Part shown: one piece after another, positions 35,501 through 47,668 of the stretch
Numbering within the stretch: position 1 is the stretch's first letter
How the letters are laid out: each line of letters starts with the position of its first letter
Origin: Macrostomum lignano
Lineage: Eukaryota
Direction of reading: 5' to 3'
DNA: 64,000 bases
Assembly: GCA_002269645.1 (NCBI GenBank)
Contig: NIVC01002026.1
Location: 1-64,000 of the forward strand
The notes under the pieces: generated by a model
What the model was told of the DNA's origin: nothing
Seen by the model: only the letters and a program-made list of their open reading frames with translations
The model's database searches: none
Translations under genes and position numbers: made by a program

Positions 35501-38104
35501 ACTGGACGGCAGAACTGACGCCAATTCCGACATTGATGTGATGCATTTGATTCCCGGCCGAGAATACCACCAGAAAAGTCTGTGCGAGTGCGATGGAGCT
35601 CCGGAGCAGCACGAGTTGGTGAACGGGCACATTCAGTGCTCAGGATTCGGTGAGTTCTCTCTTGGGGAGTGAGATTGTCTGGTAGTTTTTTATGACTGTT
35701 AGAGATTCTGGCAGTGAGATGTTTGCTTGTTGTGTGCAAAGCATTGGTGCAGAAAATATTCTGAATGAGACAGCTGGAATCAGTCAGCAGATCTAAACAA
35801 GAGCCTGACTATCCTGACAGTCTGTGTTGGCAACCTGCATTTATTTTGCACAAGCTGTTAAAACCTGCATATTTTTAACCCGCTGAAGTTCGATCTCCGG
35901 ATCTCTTTGCATGCATTCTGAAATCTGAAGTCATGCTCAAACAAAGCTTGTTAATAGCTAGGATAGGGGTGAGACAAACTTGGAGTGAATTTGGAATTTA
36001 AACTCTTAAGCCAGGACACGGGATTATAAAATGCAACTTTAAAGTGAAATGATAAGAAGCGATGGCGATTGCCGTCTGAGTGAAATGGAAAAGCAATGAT
36101 GCTGTCCAAGTGTTCTACAGAAACCAAGCAGAGTAGGCATGCAAAACGTCAGCAAAACCAATAAAGAACATGTGTGAGAAGTGATCAAATATTATTTAGT
36201 ATACAAAGTGCAAATTGATAGTAGAAGTTCTTGTTTCAGAAGGTTCACAACAAACAGTTCAACCATGTCCTTGAGTTCCGTGTCCTAGGGTTGGTCCACT
36301 CTGGCAAGAATGTAAGAAAACTTGGCAAGATTGTTGGATTTAAATTTGAGTAGGATTGTTAAAAGTGCAGCAATGCTATGGAGGATTCAGAGAAAAATTG
36401 GCATTACTTTCAGGTAAGAAGACTCGAATTTAGGGAACTTATAGGTAGCCTTTGACCTCTCTGTTGTGAGTTTAGGGTGGGTGCAAATATGGTGTCATTT
36501 GGTTGGGCGGTTTCTAAAGCTGCATATTGTCCGAGCAGTCCAAGGCATCACCGCACAGACTCAAAGCTGTATATTGCCCAATCGGGAACCGAATCGTTTT
36601 TACAGCCTCCAACCCTGCTGATGCGACAGACGGATGCACACTGAGGCCAGCGCTGGACAATGTCTCTGCATGCGGTCTCTGCCGCTACCCGCCCATCGCG
36701 CCGCTGCTGCCAAACCGCGTCTCCAACATCCCCCATGCGGTGCTGGAGGCTCTCCGGAAGGTTCTCACCTCCGCCTCATCGCCCTGTCACGTGGTGTACG
36801 CAGCCTCTCCTGACCGAGGAGGCGAAGAGCTCCGTGTGAGCACCAGCTTCCTGGAGAACCGGATGCTGCGAAGTCTCACTACCCTGCAAGGTCAACTGTT
36901 CGTCACACTCAAATACCTGGTCAAGAAGGTCATCTGTCACAAGAATGGCTTCAATCAGCAAGGCTTGAAGTCCTACCACGTGAAGACCATCACCTTCCGA
37001 ATGGTGGACGAGACGCCGGTCGAGCAGTGGAAGAAGGAGAACCTCGTGAGTCTCACGAGACAGTCGCTGCAGATGCTGCTCGACTGTGTGGAGAAGAGCC
37101 GAGAGCAGGACAGACAAACACCTGACACACCTGACCGATCTCGGGGTCGCATCATGAACCATTTCTTTCTCAGCGATGCGGCCATCTACCTCAAGGGTGC
37201 GGACAAGGAGAGAGCGGACCAGCATTTGGACGGCATCATGAGCACACTGAGAACAGTAATCGATCGGCTGCCCCAACTGCTGCAGCAGTTCATCGGCAGT
37301 CTCAGACCTGTGAGCGACTCAGGCACATTCTACTTCCACCCGTTCCAAATCCTGCCGGATCTGAGGCCGAAACCACTCACGAAGTCCAGTACTCTCGAGT
37401 ACTATCAGATCTACGACGTGGTGAGAGAGTGTCTGGTGCGTCTCTCGCGCAGTGACTGCAGCCAGCGATCTCAGGAGTCGCTCACAGAGCTGATTGCCAG
37501 ACTGCCAGACTGCGCCCTCTCAGCACGGGAGGCTCTCAGAGCGCTGGCTTGCCTGAAGTTCGGCTACCGAGAAACTGCAGAGAGAGTCGTGAGCTCGTGC
37601 TCAGGTCACTCGGTGAGCAGAGGCATCGCTTGGTCACGTGAGAAGTCGGCGACTGAAGCGACTGCGGAGTTCGTGATGCGGCATCTGAGCAGCCGCGACT
37701 CGGCGTGGAAGTTTTGCTTTGAGTTCGACCAGCGACCGAAACTCGAGTTCTTGACAGGAGCTCTGAGGGAGTGCTTTCCCCTCGGGTTTTCAAACGGAGT
37801 TGTCCATTTCTACATGAACTTTGATGCTCTGCTGTGGGCTCTGCGGCTCGAGCTGCGGACTGATCGAGAAGCGCGCGCTCAGGACTGGATCCGGGAGGTG
37901 GCTGAGAGAGAGGACTCGGATGAGCAGGAGCTGCTGGTTGCCGCTTTGAATTCTTCGAATCTGGAGCAGGTTCAGGAAATAGTAAAAAAGCTGAAGATGA
38001 TGAGAGCAGATCTTCTCAATTGGCTGAAGGCGAGACTTCAAGAAAAATGGAGCGATCAAACTCAGGAAGTTCCGAGTAAAAAACGAAAACTGTCTTGCTT
38101 GTGA
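32598..38104 (+). CDS. Ankyrin-repeat / Mab-21 cGAS-like nucleotidyltransferase (cGLR) fusion, about 1169 aa, 3 exons
   Basis: Exon 1 32598-34264 (15 ANK repeats, donor GT|GTAAGA), exon 2 35306-35649 (VVGSYSEG..SDID, donor G|GTGAGT) and exon 3 36606-38104 (acceptor TTTTACAG|CC; LDNV, LRVSTSFLENRML, LKYLVKK, LKSYHVKT, NHFFL) sum to 3510 nt in frame. The Mab-21 part is secure. The ANK-to-NTase splice is inferred, and a small extra exon near 34331-34427 is possible. Confidence 0.82.
34716..34992. repeat. 21-bp C-rich tandem repeat (CCACCTCCAGCATGCCCCACC), intronic
   Basis: Seen directly. Confidence 0.9.
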
Positions 38105-38227
38105 GCTGGTAACTATACGCTCGTATTTCTATTTGCCTTGAATCGAAATTTCGATTTTTAAACAAAATTTTCAGTTTAACATTCTGCTATTCTCTTATTA
38201 TCGAACTTAACCAATTCCGCTTTCACC

Positions 38228-38930
<703 letters not shown>

Positions 38931-38931
<1 letters not shown>

Positions 38932-39080
38932 GCTCATGGGGAATTGCTGAGATGCTGAAGCTCATGGGGAATTGCTGAGATTCTGAGGCTCATGGAGAAT
39001 TTCTGAGATGCTGAGGCTCATGGGGAATTGCTGAGATGCTGTGGCTCATGGGGAATTGCTGAGATGATAAGGCTGATGGA
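38931..39080. repeat. About 28-bp tandem repeat (GCTCATGGGGAATTGCTGAGATGCTGA), about 5 copies
   Basis: Seen directly. Confidence 0.85.
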
Positions 39081-39619
39081 GAATTGATTGCACTTTTAAT
39101 GTAAAAAATAAAATGTAAAAATGGCTGTGAGAATCGCCCCTAATCGCTGAGAATGGCCCTCATTTAAATTGCACTGAGTATTAATGCAGCATACATGTAA
39201 TAATGGCCTCTGAATGATATCAGCTACTTGATGCTGCACATTTAGATACTAGCCATCAGTCCAACTGCTGCCAAAATATCCTACCAGATGTTGAATACCG
39301 CAGTTAAATAGTGGCTCTGCTATTTCCTAATTGTTCTTAACGTCAATTTTAATGAGTTTGTACTTTTATAAAACTGGTAAATTTTGTTCTGATCTGTGCT
39401 TAAACTTGCACTTTTCCATGGCTGTTTGCTGTCTTGATTGCAGTGAGCTTAATCATTTATATTAACGCTGAGTTTTGTAAATGCATAAATTTTGTGTTTA
39501 TGTTTTTGTATGCACTTTTGCTTTGCTTTTATTGCGCACAGTTGAAGTTACGAATAAATTTCATGCGTGTTTGTGCGTCAATAAAACGCGTATTTTGTTA
39601 ATCTCTCACTTTGCCTCCC

Positions 39620-39714
39620 CTGTCTCCCCCTCTCTCTGTCTCTCTCTGTCTCTTCCCATCTCTCTCTCTCCCTCTCTCTCTGTCTCTTCCCATCTCTATC
39701 TCTCTCTTTCTCTC

Positions 39715-39781
<67 letters not shown>

Positions 39782-40164
39782 CTCTATCTCGACTCACACC
39801 AATTGTGTACATACTTACTGTATACGCTCTCTATCCACCTGTCTACTCCCTCTCCCCTCTAAATCTGCCTGTTTAGTAACTTTTACAACGCCACTTGTCG
39901 CTACTTTTCACTTGCCCTGACGAAGAAATATAATAATTTGGAAATATCGGCAATTCAACTAAATTGACTTTTTTCAGTTCTTTCTACAGTGTCAAGGCCT
40001 GAGATTGGAGGTGCTATCCACTCTCTCTCCCTCTCTCTCCACTCTCTCTCTCCCTCTCTCCCTCTCTCTCTCTTTCTTTCTCTCTCATTCTTTCTCTCTC
40101 TCTTTCTCTTTCTCTCTCTCTCTCTCCCTCTCCCTCTCTCTCCCTCTCTCTCTCCCTCTCTCCG

Positions 40165-40201
<37 letters not shown>

Positions 40202-40265
40202 TCTCTCCCTCTCTCTCCCCTCTCTCTCTCCCTCTCTCCCTCTCTCTCTCTTTCTCTCTCTCTCA

Positions 40266-40298
<33 letters not shown>

Positions 40299-40335
40299 CC
40301 TCTCCCTCTCTCTCTCCCTCTCTCTCTGTCTATCT
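39620..40335. repeat. Two (CT)n-rich tracts (39620-39790, 40020-40335)
   Basis: Seen directly. Confidence 0.93.
39912..39953 (+). ncRNA. Minimal type I hammerhead-like motif (Penelope-type), one core-adjacent mismatch
   Basis: TTGCC-CTGACGA-AG-AAAT/ATTT-G-GAAA-TA-TC-GGCAA. Stem I TTGCC/GGCAA pairs perfectly. Confidence 0.55.
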
Positions 40336-43300
40336 CTTCGTTCTTTCCCTCGGTTCCCGTTGCGGGAGCGGAGCGAAGTGGGCACAGCAGTGGCGAGTGC
40401 GGCTTTGAGAGCGCTGTCGGGAGGGGGGATAAAAATTCGGTTCCCGCAATATGGCGCCCCGGTGTGGAGCTCAGAGACACACAGACAGCCGAAGCCGGGG
40501 GTCTGAATCAACAGCCAACGGTATAGTTTCAGAGGCTCAAGTGAAGGGTTTTGTGAGGAAAAGGTTATGGGGCAGAGCCGGGATCTGACAGGGGCACCAA
40601 TTATTCTCCACGGCACTCTGAGCTCGTCCTCTGCGAGCTCCGGGGATTGCAAAATGGGTTGAGCTGTGTGTTTATTTCAGCACACGGGAGCAAGGACTGG
40701 GGGGGGGGGCAGCAGCCGTTTTTCGTTTTCCCCGTGTGAGTCGGGTGTGTTTGTGTGTGCAGGTGAGCCCCCCCCCCGGCTGCTCGGTGCCAGGAGGCTT
40801 CGGAGCTGCTGGCAGAGCTGAGCAGTTTTATTGCCGAGAGTTCCGCGAAGTCAGTCAGCCGCCTCTACCTGGGGATGACTGGGGCTGGGGCTTTACCTTT
40901 TGCTCCCCCCCCCTTACCCGCGCACACGAAATCGCAGGCAAAAAAATTATATAATATGTGAGCTGGCAGAAGAGGGCGGGAAAAAGTGGGTGTCTGCCGC
41001 TTGTCGCCGCTTTTGAGCTTCGTTTCGGGCTCCGGTCCGCGAAGTTTTTTTTCCGCGGAGCCAGCGAGCGAATCGTCAGTTGTTCGGCAGGTTAGACGGT
41101 TGAGCAGTGAGCACCCCAGTCTGTAGGGGGGGGGGGATAAATCCATATATGGCCGGGGCTGGTAGGGGTTTTAAAAGGGGAGCCGAGAAAATGGGATTTT
41201 TGCCCACCTGGATTTATGCAACCAGCAGGGTGCCGCAGCAACCCCCTCCCGTAACTCGAACAGGGGGCCCACACCGCTAATTGCATTGTTTGTGCAGTGC
41301 ATGCACTTTAACAATGGACTTCTATTCTCCCTATGCAGTTCATTTTGCTTTCGCGAGCTTCAGCTTGTTGAACCAACGAGTATATTGCTACCAGCCACCG
41401 CTGCATCTTGGTCCTTCTGCTATAATCCCACTTGAAAATCCCCTGATCACTGAAACCTACTTTGCTCCCTCAGCTTCCCCCTAGCCATTATTCTTCTCAC
41501 GGCGGCTGGTCAGCCCAGGTGTGAGGGGGTGGCGCCCTGGTGTACTCGTAGCTTCCTTCCTCCTTAGCCGAAAGCTCGTGTCCATCCATTCTCTATTTCA
41601 GTTCTAAACTCTCACTCTCACTCTCAGAGAGCCATGGGGCCAAGAATTCCTGCCTTGTTCCTCCCCAACTCTCCTCGCGCGGGGCCTCGATGCCGGTAAT
41701 AGGAACGAGTAATTCTTAAGTGATGAAGGGGGATGAGTTCTGGACTGTGGAAGCCGGTCGGGTTTAATAAGAGCCAGAGAGAGAGAGAGAAGGCCCCGGT
41801 GTAAAACGGAGCCTCCATGTGACTCCATATAGCTGGCGCTGTTGAAGAATTTTGATACAATGCGGGCGGCGACTCAATCAGTTCAATTCCAGCTGCATTG
41901 TGAAGCTTACTGGGGAATTCGCATTAAAATTAAGATCCCCTACCAGATAGGCCTCTTCCCCAGCTCGAACACGCCTGGGTCGGGCTGGTTGCAGGCCTAT
42001 GCTGCTAGATTACGTCGCAAACAATGGAGAGGCCTTGCAGAGGGGAGGGGAGGCCGAGCTCGGAGGCTCATGTGTGTCAGATTAATGGCTTCTCCAGGCC
42101 CGCACCCTCATGAGCTCAGAGCTCTGCAGCCCCCATTTATCGCTCGGGCATACGGCGGCCATTTCTGTTCTTTCCTTGCTTTCCACGATTCCGCACACAG
42201 CTGAGGCGGGGGGCTAGCTGGGTTTAGAGAAAGCAGAGAGAATGTTTCTAGGAGCAGTAGCCCAAAACACACAGCGCCATCTTTCCTGTATAATATGATT
42301 CCTGAGTTTCCCCCCTCCCATTTTCTCTTTCTTCGTCACATTTCTCAAGCTTGTCAAACATTGTAAATTTATTGCGGCTTTTTTGTTCCTGACGCGTTTC
42401 TGCTTGAGCTGCTGCCTCTGTCTCACTCTCGAGTTGGTTTCGTCTGGGCCATAATAGACTGACTGGCTAAACAGCTGCTAGCGAGAGCTATGGTATATGA
42501 GCCATGCGGATGCGGCGTTGCTTGACGGTGAGCAGTTTGATGAGGCTAACAATTGGATGCTGGGCTGGCCGCGAAGGCCGGCAAAGGGCGGGGTTGGTTG
42601 GCTTTCTCAAGGCCCGAGCGATTCTTCCCGCTCTCTGTCTCAGAAGCTCAGGTTCCCAGGTTCAGGAGTGTCTGGTGGGTGGGGGCGGTTTGAGCCTGCG
42701 AGTAATGAGTTTTTAGTGGTTTAGGCAAGCAGCTTGAGGAATAAAGAAGTTTGAAAAAACCTGCTGCCGGAATGCCGGGTCTCGCTTCCCACCTGGTCGG
42801 CCGCGCGGCCCCCCTCCCCACCCTCCGCTTTTGGATGCGGCATTCCGGCATTCAATGGCGTGCGGGTCCGATGGCTGCCGCCGCTCTCCCCGGGATGATG
42901 AAGTGACGGGCGCGACCCCCGCGCGGGCGGAGGCGGAGGAGGAGGGTGGAGCTGCCGCCGCCGCCACCGCTGATTCCCCGGTATGATAAGGGCGGCAGAG
43001 TCCGGCGCGGAGTTAAAACTCCGATGAGGCTCTCCGGAGTGGAATGGGGGACTTGCGGGGGTTAGAAGAGTCGGCCCCCTTCCTGCCATTGTTCCCCGCG
43101 GCCCAGGGCATTGTGTGATGGCAGCAGACCTACAGGTAGAGATGATTGGGGAGAAATAGAATTACTGCTCAATTATTCATGCGGCCCCGGACCCGGAGTT
43201 CGCGAGTGGCCCCCGGACCGGGTAGAGAAAGAGAGAAGCTGGAGAGGGACTAAAGTTGAAGCATGGCAGAATAGGGGGGGGTGTCCGCCTCGTATTGTGT

Positions 43301-46300
43301 TGTTGTTGCGGCAGGCAGATACAGCTTGCGCTTGCCGCCTCTGCCTCTCTTTCCTAAAAACTGTGTCTGCAACAGGAGGCAGGAGGGTTGGACTGGGGGA
43401 GAATTTGGGAATGCTCCCCCGCTGGGCCCGACTCGACCCTCAACCAGCTGAATACCCTCTCTCTCTCGCATTGCCGTGAAAAACCTTTGGAAAAATGTCC
43501 AAACGCCAGAGCCGCGGGGCTGGGGGGGGGGAGGGGCTCGGACCTCGGAATACCATTGTCGGGGGCCCGCAGCATTAAACATGTCTTTAACAGTGCGGGG
43601 CGGTGAGCATAGGGGGGAGATGATGCTCTAGAAGATGGAGGAACATAATAATAAAAAGCCTCTCCTGAATTCTCCTCAACGGCAGACGAGTTCCGCCGCC
43701 CGACTCAGTCGCCCCCCCGCATAGCTCGAGCGCGTCTGAATCGCCATAAATTGGGATCATTGCTCCGCTCCTCAATGCCCCTGTCTCTCGTGCGGAGCTC
43801 GTTCGCTTCACTGCCTGCCCTGCCTCCCTCCCTACATGCGCCTGTCTGCTTGTTAGCTTCGCGAAGATCTATATACAGCGCGTCTCGCACCTGCTGGTAT
43901 ACAGCAGACAAACTTCAGGCCGCGAGATCGGGGGGTTTTCTGTTTAGATTAGCTGTGGCAGGATAATAGAACCGCCCGCAGATCCTCGCGGAGGGTGAGG
44001 CGGTTACTCCTATAAAAATTATTTTGGTGAGGAACGGGACAAAGGAGCAGAGTCTGCAGATCTAACTGCTGAATACCGAGGTGCGGCTCGCATTCTCGCG
44101 CGTTGTTAGGGAGAGAATAGGGGGGAGGAAGTCTAAGGAATAAGAGCGTTTGAAACGCGGTGAGCTGGGCGGAAGACCTCTGGTAGGCGAATTCCCTCCC
44201 TGTACCCGCCCTGCTGCATTCCGCCTCGAATCGCAAGGGTTGGGGGCGCTCGAGGGGGAAGTGGGAGTAGAGAAACAGATGGAGGTAAGGGAGCGATGGA
44301 AAAGGTGGAAGTGGGTGTAAAGAACAAAGAAACTCTATGCTGCTGCAGTTCCCACGAGCTGCTTTCGGCACAGAAGATGCGGCAGAGTGAGCCAGGCTTC
44401 CTCCATCAGCCCGCAGCTTGCGCCCTCCCTCCTTCCGTCCCTCCCTCCCCCATTATCGTCGCTGCTCGCAATTCGGGAGAACTGCCTTTTAATGGCTTCC
44501 TTCTCCATTCCAAAACTGTCCCGGTATCATTCATACCTGTATGAGCGGTATATAGCAGTCTATTTGGGGGCCCCGGGCGACTTCGGCATTGTCAAGGTGG
44601 TCGAGGGAGCTGAGCTGGTATTGGGATATCTTGTTCGTCGAGTCCAATTGAGTTCCCCAACTCTTAATGAAGAAACTTGAGCACCGCAGATCCAATTAAC
44701 AATGGCCGCCCGCTCTGTGCATCCAAAAAAGCGCCTGACACACGAAGGGACGGCTGTTGTTGTCGCTGCACCCATGGACCGAAAAAAAAACTTGTGCGGT
44801 CTCCCCCCATCAAAATGGGAAGATGACTCTCAAAGAGATCCATAGGATTATCAATCTCTCCACACAGCGTTTTGGTTCAACAGCTTTGTTTGAGGCCGGG
44901 CCCTAATTTCTTGCTTGCTGTCGCGATCAAAAAAAACTTGGCGCCAGAACAATGGCGCGCAGGAGCGATGCAAAAAAGTAGTCTATTTCGTTTCGCAGCC
45001 CAGTCAGCCTCCTCTCTGCACACTCGGGTGACAGGGGGGCTGCCCGAGGTGGTGATATCGATTTACGCAGCCGACTCAGAAGCCGCATTTGTTCCCCTCC
45101 CCTCCCCCCCCCCGATTTCCCGCAAAAACCAGCCTCGCTGGAGGTAAAGAGGAGGAGGGCGCTCGAGAGAATCGAGAGAATTCCCGCATTTTTTGTGTTG
45201 CTGTCATCCTGCCTCTCGTCTGTATCCGTCATCTCCCCAACACCGCAGCTTGCAAGCTTTCAAACAAAGATTTTTGAGCGCCCCCAATTTCCTATATAGA
45301 GCGGTTCAATGAAAGCTCTCGTCATTTCTTTCTATTGCTCTGCCGCCTGCTCAGGCACGCGGAGTCGAGGCTGGTAGGCAATGAGTTGCCCCCCTCCCTT
45401 CCCCTCCCCTCAAAATTCCCAATTTGGGAGCTTGAGTCTACTCGCATACGGAAGTTGCTGCTCGGAGCCGAGCTGAATGAGCTTGATAGAAAGTGTTTGT
45501 TTGCAAGGTGGCAAGCAGTTTTCAATTTGTGTTAGTAAGCGAGAGCAGAAAGCGACTGGAGATGTGGAAGGAGAAGCAGCTGGAACTGAGGACTGAGGGA
45601 CTGCATTATCGATTTGGCTTTCACCTCTTCTGTAGCAGGTAGCTGGGCCTGGCCAAGCCGAAGGGTTAGAGACGCTGGAGGGGGGAGGTGATGCTGTGTG
45701 TGGTGAGCACGGCAACTGCCTGAAATGGGATTAGAAATTGGTTATGGGGGAGGGAGGGTAGAGCAATGCGACGAGTGGGGAGAGAGGAGGGACAGGCCCG
45801 GCCCAGAGGCTTCACTCAGTCGCTCGCAGCATCAGCAGCAACACTGGTTGAGCCCCCGGGGGGAGCTTGAGACTCGAGCGAAACAATGCACTCGCCAGAG
45901 ACGGGTCTATTGTATTTTGAGGCTGGGGTTGAGGTAGCTGGCGGCTCACCGCGGGGGATGGGGGGGGCTCTGCGAAGGGTTGGCAGTGACTGAGGCATCT
46001 TTTGCTGCTGCCTCCGCCGCCACCGCCGCTGCTGGGGGTCGCCAGCGGCTGATTTTGCTTCGCGCTGCTGAGGCTGACACCTGTGGGGGGAGGAGGCTGA
46101 CGATGAGGGGCACGCGGCGGCGGGAACGAGCGGAAAGAAATCGATTTCTAGAAGAGGCTCTGGCCTGATGAGAAAGAGAGAGTGGGGGGCTGAGAGCGAG
46201 CCAGCATGGTGGTGAAAAAGCTGGCACCCTCCAGGTCCCGGCGGGATCTGGAATTCGGGGAGCTTTTTTATCCATGCCTCGCTGCTCCCCGCGGTCTTCC

Positions 46301-47668
46301 CTTTCCCCGGCTTGACTACCCTCCCCCCTCCCTGCCTCTCCGCCTCACGGTCGACTCAAATCCCATTGTTTGAGAATGGCATCAAAAATAGAACACGAGG
46401 TAGCGGGGGGTGGGCTCTCGTGTGGAGCGGGGGAAGCGGGAAAGGAGAGAGAGCGAAGGCGACCTTATGAAAGCACCCCGCTGAGTGGAGAACAATGAAC
46501 AGCAGCAGCACAGTGAAAAAGAGAGGGGGCACAGAGCAGAGATCGACTCCCAGGTGGAGGTCTGGCTATTTGGGAACTCCGAGGGTGGAGGGGGCTGCAG
46601 GGGGCGCCGGAATGTCCCGCTCCAGGGGGACAGGAAGCTCTTGCGAGCGCCGCGGCTGAGCGCGCTGTCTTCTGCGTGAATGGGCCGGGGCCCGCACTGT
46701 CTGTTCAGGTAATTATTCAGCCGCCCCACTCCGCCGCAACCGAGCTTCTTCTCGGGGGTGGCCCTCTTCGGGTCCTCCGCTGCTCCGGAAATCGGCTCCG
46801 TTGGTAACAATGGGCACAGAATCCTCTTATTGCTCAGCCTGTCACCCCCCGGGACCGAGGCGAGCAATGCCGGGGGGTCGGTTTGAGGCTGAGGGGAACG
46901 GAAAAGAGGACGGTTTTCAGGTCGGGGAATCGAGTTGCCGTCCTCCCCCTCTCTCTCTCATTCACTCAGTCAGATCGCTGGAGGGGCGGGGAACAATGAC
47001 TTTCGAGTGTTGGCATAGGAGGGCCCGGTAAGTGTGTCACACAAAACGGTGGGGAAGGCAGCAGGAGAGCCCTGTCAGGGGGGAGGCAAGTAATAGAATG
47101 AGCACACGAGCCATTCGCTATAGGCTGGGGCTGCGGGCTGCGCTTGGATATCAGCTGCTGCTGCAGGTCCCGCTCACACACTTCAGCGGCGCCCCGCCAC
47201 GCCACCCCAAGCTTGGGGCAGTTTGGGGCAGTTTCCTAGGCTAGAAGAGGCAGGCCCCCCTGTCTGCTAGGGTATTATTTGTTGTATTTTTTGCCGGCTG
47301 TAATAGGGGGGGGGGGAGAAGGAGACAACACAGAGACAGAGAGACGGAGTGATTGAGCGAGTGGGCTTTAGAAGAGGAAGTCGCTTCCTGTTAGCGGCAC
47401 CAACAATGGCTCCGGCCGAAGTCTCAGCGCCGCAACCCCGCCGGCCTCTAAAAAATTTTTTTTTCTCGTTCGGCGTCATTCGCGAGTGGCGCGCGGTGTT
47501 TGTCCAGGTACTGCACGGCCCATTCTCTCTTCCCTCTTCTCTTTTCTGCTTTTGCGTCAGCTTTTGCATTATTCACACTGGCTGCTCAGGGGGGAGGGCA
47601 GGCATTATTATTCTTTCGACTTCTGCTCCCTAACCCGCATATCGACCCCCACTGTGGCACATTTGCAG

